NCBI GenBank assembly: GCA_013265495.1
Contig: MU058636.1
Span: 1,302,001-1,366,000 of the forward strand
Direction of reading: 5' to 3'
Length of the DNA stretch: 64,000 bases
DNA from: Vicugna vicugna
Lineage: Eukaryota
Under the pieces are notes generated by a model. The model made no database searches. It was not told the DNA's origin and saw nothing but the letters and a program-made list of their open reading frames with translations. How positions within the stretch are numbered: position 1 is the first letter of the stretch; every line of letters begins with the position of its first letter. Positions 37,956-48,080 of this stretch are shown here, piece by piece. A program made the translations under genes and the position numbers.

Positions 37956-40830
37956 TCCAAGGCAACACTTTCCAGCACCTAGTATGCACCTAATGACCTG
38001 AAAATGCTTTCACCACCCACCTTCTCTATCAGAAAAACAAACAAACAAACATTAAAAGTAGTTTGCCTTCATGTGTCAAGGACAGCACTGTATCCTAAAA
38101 TCCTAACTGTCCTGCCTCAGGGCTAAATCAAATCCCGCTGTCATAATATAATCTGGAGGGAAGTCATTTGTCTACAGGACGTCACACTGGTCCATTACAC
38201 TGATGGTATTATGCTAACTGGATTCAGGGAGCAGGAAGCTGCTAGCACCTTAGGTGCATTGGTAAAACACACCAAGAAGGTGGGAGGTAACCCCTTCAGA
38301 AGTTCAGAAGCTCTACATCAGTGACGTTTCCAGAGGTCCAGTGGTCTGGGACATGTTGGGACGTCTCCTTGAACAAGTGAGAGCAGCTGCACCCTGCCCC
38401 ATGTACCGCAGAGGAGACAAAACAATTAGCGATTTTAGAAGTAACTTAAACCACATTTTGGTGTGTGACACTCTGAACTAATTACTGGATAACTTACAAC
38501 GCTACCAGTTCTGAGTGGGTACAGGCTGTGCAAAGGTTCTGAAGCAAACCCAGGCTGTGTCACAAGTAGTCTGAGCAGCAAACCCAGTGGGTGGGGGAAC
38601 CTGCGGCAGACAGGGACACTGCTGGGCCCGGCAAGGCCGGCAGGACCCACGCAAAGGCGCTGCTCACCCTGCACTTTCTGAGGGTCCCAAGGGTGGGATC
38701 ATCTGACCCTGGTCACAAATGACTACAGGATCTGAACTGCCCATCATGACCAGGACGTGCTCAGCAGTGCCCTTGGAAAGTGTGCGTGGTACACGGAGCC
38801 CAGGCCCTGCAGGTCCGCGGAGCCCCCTCCCACTGCTCTACGGCCCCTCCCTCAGCACACACCGCTGGCCGCCCGGGGAGTCCCCGCAGCCGTTTTCAGA
38901 GGAGGCAAAGTGGGGCCAGATTTACCAATGGTTGCAAGTGGCGGGACAGACCGGACCGCAGTGCGAGCGGCCCAACGCCAGCCTCACCCGGGAACAGCCT
39001 GAAAGGAGGGAGGGAGGGGCGGCCCCTCCAGCAGGCGGAAGCCCCTGCGTTCCGCCTGGTTCATCTGGCACAGAGGGACGGAGGGCTGAGGAACGACCAT
39101 CTGACACCGGCAGCGGTAACAGCTTCGCTGATCCAGATCTTGGAAAAACAAGCTGTACGCTTAGTGACAGCAGGGCTCGGGGAGAGACGCGTGGACGGAC
39201 TTTCTAGAAAGCGCACAGGCTGCCCTTACGGATTTCCACAGACCGGGAGGCTTGAACAGCAGGCACGTACTTTCCGTGGTTGTGGAGGCCAAGGTCCGAG
39301 ATCAAGGTGCCGTCAGGGTGGGTCTCTGGAGGGGCCTCCCTTCCTGATTTATAGGAGGCAGCCTCCTCTGTGTTTTTACGAGGCCTCGTCTCTGTGTGCA
39401 CGGGGAGAGAGCGCTCTGACGTCTCTTCTTTTTTCCCCTTTGTTCCTCATTTTTATTTATTAAGTTTTTCCCAGCTTTCTTGAGATCTAATGGACACACA
39501 ATCTTCCTCGCCTTTTGAGGATTAGTGCTCCATCCTTCTGAGGTCAGTTAACTTTAACTATCTCCTTAACGCCTTATCTCCAAATATGAAAACACGCGGG
39601 TTAGAGTTTCAACACATGACTTTGGGGGACACAGCTCTGCCCAGAACAGCACTCTGGTGGTCAAGACCATTGCCCCCATGAATCCGTGTCAGTCTCTTCC
39701 CTCGTCTCTCACGTGCTCGCTCCCCAGGCCTGTGAGCAAAGCACACAGGAGGAAGGGACGGAAGCTCTGCTCAGGTCAGTAACCTGCTCTGTCTCCCACC
39801 AAGGCCGATTTGGCTCCCACCGGAGCTGAATGTCCAACTGCCGGCCCCTGATTAACACGGAGACTCTAAAGTGGTCCTGCTCCCCAAGGGGACCAGCAGG
39901 AGACCTGGCTGTAGGTAACCCTGGATCCCCTCCACCAGGGAGGGGCCAGAATTGGCCTCAGAGAGAGATTTGTTCCACCTACAGATTTGCCTTCCCTGCC
40001 CCCCAGGGCTTCTGCCGGCACCAACATTCCTGAACTTACAGATCGTCTTGTCTGTCATCACAGTGCTGCAACTCAACGTCTCCTCCCCAGAGGACATGTG
40101 CAGAGGTGGTCACTTGCCAGTGGGATCTTGACCGTGGAATTCACTGACTTTGTCACATGCTTAATTCCCGAGAAAGAGACTGCTTAATAGAGTGGCCTGC
40201 AGAAGACAGCTGGAGTGACAGCTGGGAGGCAACGCCCTGCAAGGCCGCTATTCTCCTCCTGGAGGTGGTAAGCGCCTCAGACCAGCAGCCAGAGCACAGC
40301 ACCACCTGCCCCACAGCCGGCCCGCACTGGGCTGGGCACCCAGGGGTGGAGGTCACAGTGGCCCTTCTCACTACCACATCAAACCACCACCAAAAGAAGA
40401 CTTGCTTCCCATCTGACCTTGGCCTTAGGGCCTAGGAATAACATTTCTGTCAGAGAACAGAGCTCCATTCAACGGGGCGTTGAAACTGAGTCTGACCCTC
40501 AGCTATCTGGGTCTCCTCATGCAGCTTAACCAAAAGGCAGGGACAGAAGCACCAGCTGATCCTTTTAACCAAAGGGAAACTGAGATGCTGTCACACAACA
40601 GAGGAAGGAAACCGAGGGGGCACATGGAGGCACCTCCTGTTCTAGAAGTCCGTGGAAAACAGTGGCAACTGCAAAAGACTCACAAGGACTCACATCCCAC
40701 ATGGGTAAAAGTGTGGGTCACCTTACTAAGGCAACCCCACTCGGCCCGGCAGAAGACGGATGTGAAGTGGGTTGGGGAAGGAGGCTGTGGACCAGAAGCT
40801 GGCCCTGGAGCAGTCCTGTTTTATGTTGAC
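37930..40830 (+). mobile_element. Decayed ERV-L internal region (pol: RT, RNase H, integrase, dUTPase-like)
   Basis: LPQG at 38112-38123; VTLVHYTDGIMLTG (degenerate YIDD) at 38181-38222; integrase zinc-finger-like AECP(T)C near 39825-39842; downstream segments colinear with HERV-L-type pol/dUTPase. Many stops and frameshifts. Confidence 0.8.
39215..39650 (-). mobile_element. MLT1 solo LTR nested in the ERV-L pol
   Basis: GGAGGCCAAGGTCCGAGATCAAGGTGCCGTCAGG...TTCAACACATGACTTTGGGGGACACA. Confidence 0.75.
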
Positions 40831-41039
40831 TGATTAACTGTTCCTCTTCTCTCTCACTTTCTCCTAATCCTCACTCCGCCCCCAACCTCACTTTACATGC
40901 AGGGCACTGGTAACGGCTAACACTTTAGGCTTCTGGTCGGACTGTGGCTGAATTGAAATCACCAAGCAGCGAGCGGCACAAGGGTCGGGAGGGAGAACTT
41001 GTGAGGTGCCCCGTGCTGGGAAAGGACGGGAGTGGGTGC

Positions 41040-41687
41040 TGAGGGGCTCTGGTCCTGGACGTCTCCCGCTGGCCCAGCCAGCTCCGTGCTGACCCGGGGG
41101 GCTGACCTGTACGGGCTGAGGCAACAGGCTCTCCTGCCCTCTAGGTTCTGGTCAGTGTGGCCGACGGCGGCGAGGTGAGCAGGAGATCAAAGGGTGGGAG
41201 GAAGGTGGAGTTGGGGTCATTGTCTCCCCGGTTCCCGCACTGCTGGGTGCCTGAGGATCGGCTGTGTCCTTCTTTTAAAAGCTCCCTACAGCTCTCTTTC
41301 TGAGTTTTGGTAACCAAGTCCTCTCTTTGCTCCTTCACCAAGCCTGGATGTTATTAACCCTGGGATATCTTTTTTTTTTTTTCTTTTCAGAGTCAAATAC
41401 ACTTTATTCAGCACGAGAGTGTCTGAACAGAAGGGCCTTGGGCAGGATTCCTGACAACGAACTTTGCATCAGACCCTGCTGTCAACAGAGCAAAGATCAT
41501 CATGTAAACCACGGGGGCCAGATGGGAGGGGGTTCTGCCCAAAGTCTGGGTCAGGTCACCCTGATTGGTTCCTTGCTGCTTTCACAAAATCCTGCCTACC
41601 TCTTTGTAATCGTCCCTTTGTTAAACTGTCTTCAAGTACCCAGTTTGAGGCTGCCATCTGTTTCCTGCCAGGAACTTGATTGATACA
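41040..41687 (+). mobile_element. LTR33-like 3' LTR, interrupted by an insertion at about 41370-41570
   Basis: GCTGACCTGTACGGGCTG...GCAGGAGATCAAAGGGTGGGAGG, ending in GCCATCTGTTTCCTGCCAGGAACTTGATTGATACA. Confidence 0.7.
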
Positions 41688-41739
41688 TCAGGCCCTGTGC
41701 ACAGCCCTGGAGTTACAAAAACAAAGGACGCTAGGTCTT

Positions 41740-41862
41740 CTTTTTCTTTTCTTTTCTTAACTTATTTTTTATTTTTGCCCTTAACAGAGGCACTGGGGAT
41801 TGAACCCAGGACCCTGTGCATACCAAGCATGTGCTCTACCACTGAGCTATACACCACCCCCT
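41740..41862 (-). mobile_element. vic-1-like SINE
   Basis: CTGGGGATTGAACCCAGGACC...CTCTACCACTGAGCTATAC on + strand. Flanks AAAGGACGCTAGGT / AAAGAACACTAGGT. Confidence 0.88.
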
Positions 41863-42429
41863 GCAAAATAAAGAACACTAGGTTTTGACCTCAAGGAATT
41901 CCTTTGTCTTACAGAGGAAACAGTTAGGTAGGAAGATACTTGAGATGACGTGTAACAAAAAAAGCATCATGAGGCATATGTGAAGATACTGTTGCCACCA
42001 AGGGGAGAGTGATTAACTCTACGTGTAGACGGGGGCTGCAGTGGGGAAACTGGGAACACTGCTCCAGATGAAAGATTTGGACTGTGTCCTCAGGGCTGAG
42101 TGGACAATTAGGAATATTTCCTTTTCATGCACTCACAAATTAGTTGGTTCTTTTGATTTTCCCAGGTGCCAAAAATGTCTCCAGCCTGATGAGACTATAA
42201 AGGCGAGGAAGCCCAGAGAAGAGGAAACGTACCACATCACTCAAGAGAGGAGGTGAGGCAGAGAGCAGCTTCCTTTCCATTGCATTCCTAGAGTTTTCTT
42301 CTGCACTTCCCTGCCCCCAACCATCATCTCCACCTCCACCATTCATCCTGGTTCTAGCCAGAACTGGGTAACCACACTAGCTATAAAACCATCCTGATGA
42401 AGCACCGCTCTAACCTGCCCAATAAAGAG

Positions 42430-42895
42430 GTGTAATACAACGCGCTCTCATCAACACTGAATAAGTTTGTTTATCAAATCTCTATCAGTCTAACAATCTG
42501 CCGGAAATAGGACAGAGGAACACGTTAAATAACACCATGAAGTTACAATCAGCAAAAGCCAAACTACGGCACACTCTATGGGATGAACTGGTTCATTCCA
42601 CAGATGAATTGCAAGGAAAGGAAAGGATTTTGAAGATATCAGTAGATTAAAAGAAATCTAAAAGACATACCAAAACTATCTCCAGTGATCCTTACTTGAA
42701 TCTTGATTCAAACAGCCTATTTAAAAGTGATAAGACAACTGGGGAAATGTGATCAGTAACAGGATATTGATGATACTAAAGGACTGTTAATTTTTTTTGA
42801 GTGTCATACTTGTGTTTGGCTCATGTCTTTCAGAGACGCATACTGAAGTGTTTATAGATGAAACAAGCTGATGACTGAAATTTGTTTCAGAGTAA
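42430..42895 (+). mobile_element. Old L1 (L1ME/L1MC-like) 3' fragment
   Basis: CAATCAGCAAAAGCCAAACT...GATATTGATGATACTAAAGG...CATACTGAAGTGTTTATAGATGAAA. Confidence 0.7.
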
Positions 42896-43019
42896 TAGGT
42901 AGTTATTGGAGCTGTTTCCACGTTAAAGTGGGAACAAGAATCTTAGAGAAAGACATGCTCCCAACCTCCTGATCCAAGATATAGCAAAATAGCATGCAGG
43001 ATGGAAAGCAGTTCTGACT

Positions 43020-43325
43020 GCCCAGAGCTTCTCAAACCTTCACACTGTTGCATGTCACCTGGGGACTTCGTTAAACCGCAGACTCCAGCTCAGCAGGTCT
43101 GGGTGACATTAAGGATTCCAAACTGTAGCAGCCTTCCAGATGGTGCTGTCCTTGGGCCCCACTTTGAGTACAAGGCCACAGCTCTGTGGCTCGCAGCCTG
43201 TTACAGTTTAGAATCACCCGGGAACTTTTAGGAAACACTAATGTCTAATCTCTCCTAGAGATTCTGATTCAATTTACTTGGAGGGGTGGGTATCATTTTT
43301 TTTAAAGTCTTCCATATGATGCTAA
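43020..43325. mobile_element. MER5-like hAT MITEs
   Basis: CAGAGCTTCTCAAAC...CCACTTTGAG; TTAGAATCACCCGGGAACTTTT...AGAGATTCTGATTCAATT. Confidence 0.7.
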
Positions 43326-43914
43326 TAGTTCCTTAGAGGAATAGTTTTAGGACCAAGTGACAGAATTGATTATTTCCAATTCATTAATGATGAATTTCTG
43401 AATCAATCATTCATTCCATCACCCTTTCATGTATTCAGTCTCCAACTCTGAATGTTCTATGTTAGAGAAATTATGTGTATGAAGTCTTCATTTTTCAAAT
43501 AGCTTTTAGCATCTTCTAGAACTATCTACACTACTTCTGCTGGATTTTCACTGGCTTACTAATTAATGAAAGTAACCTCTGACTAGCATCCTTCCCACAA
43601 CTTTCACACTAAGCTGCCCCTTTTGGAACTAGACAACAGCAAAGGAGAACAAAATCAAACAGTCTAGACAAGGAAGAGAAAAATCTACTTTCAGTTTATA
43701 TTTTTATATTTTGAGGTCACTTGCCAGTCTGATGATATGTTAAAATTATCCAGAATGAAAAAGGACTGAGTAGTTGTGTGAAAATCTTCTGTGTTCATTC
43801 TCAAGTACTTCCCTAAGGAGTTATGCATGTAACTAAAATTCTAGGTGACTTCAGCCAGAAAGGTAGATTTTGCATTTCTCCAATGGTTGCAGAAAAGTAG
43901 GTAGAAATACCGTT

Positions 43915-44580
43915 TCAATCTTGCTATGAATGTCCTTACGGGCATCTCCCTGTGCACATGCACAGAAGCTGCTGCAGGGTACATACCAGAAGAATTGCTG
44001 AGTTACAGGGAACGTGAACATTCCACTGGCCAGGCATTATCAAACTGTGTCCAAACACTTGTGTGTACCCACCAAGGAGCATTAGAGTTTCTACTAATCT
44101 TTGAGACTTGTGATTATAAGACTTCTTAATGGTAGCCAATTCAGTGGATTTTATGTGGTATATCATTGTCGTCTTTATTTGCATTTCCTTAATTACTAAT
44201 GAAGTTGAGCAGTGTTTCATCTGTTTACTCACCATTTGCATTTCTGCCTCCTGGGTTTTCATGCAGTTTTTCCACTGGTTGCTTGTCTTCTATTTGTTTT
44301 ATAGGCAGAATCTGAACACTACTTTGTTTGTCAGTTATATGTGTTGCAAATGCATTCTCCGAGTGTGTAGACTGTTTTTGCACTTTTTTGTTGGTCTGTT
44401 GATGAACAGCAGGTCTTAATTTTAACCTAGTCAGTGTATCAGTTTTCCCAATTAGAGCTTTCTGTGTCTTGTTTAAGTACTTCTTTCTTACACAGAGATT
44501 TTTTTAAAAAGTCTACTATTTCTAAATGCTTCAAGGTCTTACCTTTGTACATTTAAATATTTAATCCTTTGGGAATTAAG
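43915..44580 (-). mobile_element. Old L1 fragment
   Basis: ORF 43936-44262 KQMKHCSTSLVIKEMQIKTT is the L1 ORF2 C-terminus. Confidence 0.85.
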
Positions 44581-47344
44581 TTTCATAAACCTGCTCTTAA
44601 GGGCTGATTCACATACAGAAACGATGCTTCCAAATTCTCCTTGGAGAACTTGCCTGGTGCTTGCTATATGGCTCATGAAATCCTCCCCTTCCACATCCTG
44701 GAGTCAGTCACTTCCTTGCAGGCTGGGGTCAGCAACCAACGTTGGGGATCCTTGTGGCCACAGTCACTTCAGCCCAACCTGGTAGAGTGAACTAGTTTCT
44801 TAGTCCCCAGTCCCAATTGACCTGACACAGACGGTAAACTACTTCTGAACTTAAAAGGAAATTATAATCCTAAACAACCCTCCCCCGAAAAGTGTACTTT
44901 TAAGCCTCCACATTATATGACAGCATTTTTAAAAGTCGATGTATACTCCATTTACAGCGTTGTGTTCATTTCTGGTGCACAGATGACAGCATTTTAATAA
45001 CCATTAAAAGGACTTTCTGTAAAAACAACTCTAGTTACTCCTAAATAAATAAGTTAGCCGAATAACACAAAACAACTGACTAAAGATACGGAATTTAAAA
45101 GCAAGGACAGCTACAAGCCAGCTCTGCAGTCAAACCCACACCTCAACAGCAGGACCCTGACTCAGGAGGGATACAGGCAGCCAGCGCTGACACGATGCCG
45201 TTTCCAGCAGGGTGAGCACTTCAGACAGCGGTCAGGAGGAAAGCTGGGCACTCTGCACTAAGCTCCAAATCACAGGCTCACCCTCGCTGGTTCAGATCTC
45301 CTTCCAAGATGCTAAAATACTGAAAATCCCATAAACCTGGATTTCCAAACAAAAACAACGTTATGGCTGATTTTGCTCTGCTGGTATCTGAGAATATGTT
45401 TGTCTTTATGACTGGAATCACGTGAGGGAGTTGTCTGTTGCCACCATTGACAGAGTAACTTGGGCACCTTGATAACTTTGCTGTTTATTTGATTAAATAC
45501 CTGTCAGTTTCTCTATCTGGGGAGTGAATCCCTCAGACGTGTGACTTCCTTGTTCTCTCTGCAAGGACTTTCCCTTTCAGAATCTTTTTGGTTAGATACT
45601 TCGTCTGCATATTGGTCCTCTTTCTTGCTTGGCAGTTCACGCTTCCCAGGTGATGGTGTTTCTTTGTTCACAATTCACCCACACATCTCACTTTGTGACT
45701 GGGAGCGTTTTCACTGACCTTTTCCACAGATTCATCCAGGATACTGTTCAGACAGGCTCCTGGTTTCCTCCCAAAACAGCAATTCAAGGACACATCCTCT
45801 CGGAAACATACAAGAGGAAATGCAATCACACTTTTAGTGGTACCTCCTGGGTTTGTTCCATCTCCATCCTAAGTAAAACCTAACACCTAGAATTAATGAC
45901 TTATTTTAGCAATTTTTATCCTCAGGCTTCCTTATCAAAAAGTGGGGGGAAAGCCACTTATTAGTTTTCTCAACCTTATAAACCTCTTGAAGTAACAGAA
46001 GCATCTATGAGCCAACAATTTTCTCCCATTTGTTTCTTATTTTGGACAGAGGTCACATATCTTCTTGGGGTGCCTGTAGCCAAACTGCAGTATTTGTAGC
46101 TCCCTAAAGACAGATCTCAGGGGACCCACAGTCTCACCCTCTCCTGGGATCCTAGGGCAGAAGGTTAATGCAAAGGCCCTGAGGCAAACACATTTTTGAA
46201 TGTGTAGAGATGGAAACCATTGGAAGCATCACAAAATGGAAGGGCTTTCAGGTCAAAACCAGGAAGATGCCAGACTTCTGAAATTTCAGGTTCATGTGTC
46301 CTGGGCTCAGATAACAGCAACTTCATGTCCTCCTCTGAGGCTCACAACCCAGAATCCAAGCTCTAAAGACACAGAGAATGATCCTTGACAACACGCAGAC
46401 TCTGCACAGACACCCATGCCACTTCCATCTTCCAAAACGGCAGCCAGAGGTGAAGTGGAGCCCTGGGCACGGGCAGCAGAGAGGAAGGAATGTCTCAGTA
46501 CCCTCTGTCGGACTCCGCTGGGCACATCTGCCTTGACACCACAGATCTCAGGGAAAATGAGCGAGGTGTTGGCGGGGACTGGACCCAGACCCGAGTTCAC
46601 ACAGAACTGCAGCAACCTGCAGCCCCTGCTCAGAAGGGCATGAGCGCTCTGATCCCAGCCACCGGGCTCCAAGGGCCACGCTGATCTGGACCCTCTGCGT
46701 CTGAGAGATACTGAGGCCCTGGGGACGAGTGGAGGGCCATCCTGAGTCCCTCTCACCAAATGCCTGCAGCAGGTGAAGGGGAAGCTGTGTTTACAGGGAG
46801 TCCAGTGGGGTCTTCAGGAGAGTCCAGGTAAATGGAAAAGATGAGTTCTTTTCTGAGCTTTTGGTCACATGAAAGTTCTCCACCTCAGGGCCCACGTCCA
46901 GCGCTGGACTTTGGAGGCTAACTCTGAAGAGGTTCACTGAATGTCCCAGTGCCAGGTTTTCCCAGATTTACTTATTCCAGGAAAACTGAAAGCACTCTGG
47001 GCAGATGAAAAGCCCTTTGTCAATCTGCACCACCAAAGAGTCCAAGCACCTGCAGCAGAAGCTCAGTCTGTACCTCAAAGGTGACCCCACAAAAGGGGCA
47101 GGTCAACGCTTTCCATCTCTGAAAACCCCAGCTACATCTGAAAGGGTCTGAACTGGATGGTACTCTTTTCCTGGAACCAGTAATATCACATTCATCCCAC
47201 CCATTGTCTCCTTTGGACAGAAATCAATGAAAACAGGAGAACAGAGAACCCCTACACTTCATGCTTCTACAACAGTAATGAATAACCTGGCAAAAATTGT
47301 TACAACGAAATTTTTCTGAACTCTAGAATTTAATTAAAAAAAAT

Positions 47345-47565
47345 TTTGGTGTAGCCATTATGGAAGACAGTGTGGAGATTCCTCAAAAAATTGAAAACAG
47401 GCTTACCATATGATCCAGTCATCCCACTCCTGGGAATATATCTGGGGGAAACTCTAATTCAAAAAGATACATGCATCCCAATGTTCATAGCAGCACTATT
47501 TACAATAATCAAGATATGGAAGCAACCTAAGTGTCTATTCACAGATGGACAGTTAAAGAAGATAT

Positions 47566-47615
<50 letters not shown>

Positions 47616-48080
47616 AAATGGAATACTACTCAGCCATGAAAAAAGAATGAAATAATGTCATTGGTAGCAACATAGATGGACCTGGAGATCATCACACTAA
47701 ATGAAGAAAGCCAGAAAGAGAAAGAAAAATTCCATAAGGTATCACTTATATGTGGAATCTTAAAAAAAAAGGACACAAATGAACTTATTTACAAAACAGA
47801 GACAGAGTCACAGACATAGAAAACAAACTTGTGGTTACTGGAGGGAAAGGGGATGGGAAGGGATAAATTGGGAGTTCAGGAATGACAGATACACACTGCT
47901 GTATATAAAATAAATAAACAACAAGGCCCTACTGTACAGCACAGGGAACTATATTCAACAGTTTGTAATGGCCTATATTGAAAAAGAATATACATATATG
48001 TATAAATTAATCACTATGTTGTACACCAGAAAGTAATGCAACATTGTAAATCGACTGTACCCCAATTAAAAAAAATAAAG
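47345..48080 (+). mobile_element. Relatively young L1 3' end containing a (TA)n microsatellite
   Basis: ORF 47370-47639 WRFLKKLKTGLPYDPVIPLLGIY...CIPMFIAALFTI; L1 3'UTR and A tail. Confidence 0.92.
47569..47612. repeat. (TA)n microsatellite
   Basis: Perfect TA run inside L1. Confidence 0.97.

Larger units (their letters stand above)
42100..47170 (-). pseudogene. Decayed multi-exon TRIM-family (RING/B-box/coiled-coil/possible PRY-SPRY) pseudogene
   Basis: Manual - strand translation with frameshifts gives LTCPFC...SFCCRCL...FICPECF...NLALG (about 47105-46940), LRKELIFSIYLDSPEDPTGL/PCKHSFPFTC (about 46860-46770), B-box-like FWEE/NQEPV*TVS...SHKVRCVGE (about 45776-45674) and a 231-nt coiled-coil-like exon (43628-43398). 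Splice sites flank these segments. Confidence 0.7.

Noticed and set aside
38719..39463. 162-aa and 227-aa ORFs
   Set aside because: Run through GC-shifted ERV-L remnants into an antisense MLT1, so they are not a coherent protein.
43330..43862. Protein-looking + strand frame (GIVLGPSDRIDYF...VTKILGDFSQK)
   Set aside because: Multiple stops and no family match. It is better explained as the antisense shadow of the - strand coiled-coil exon.
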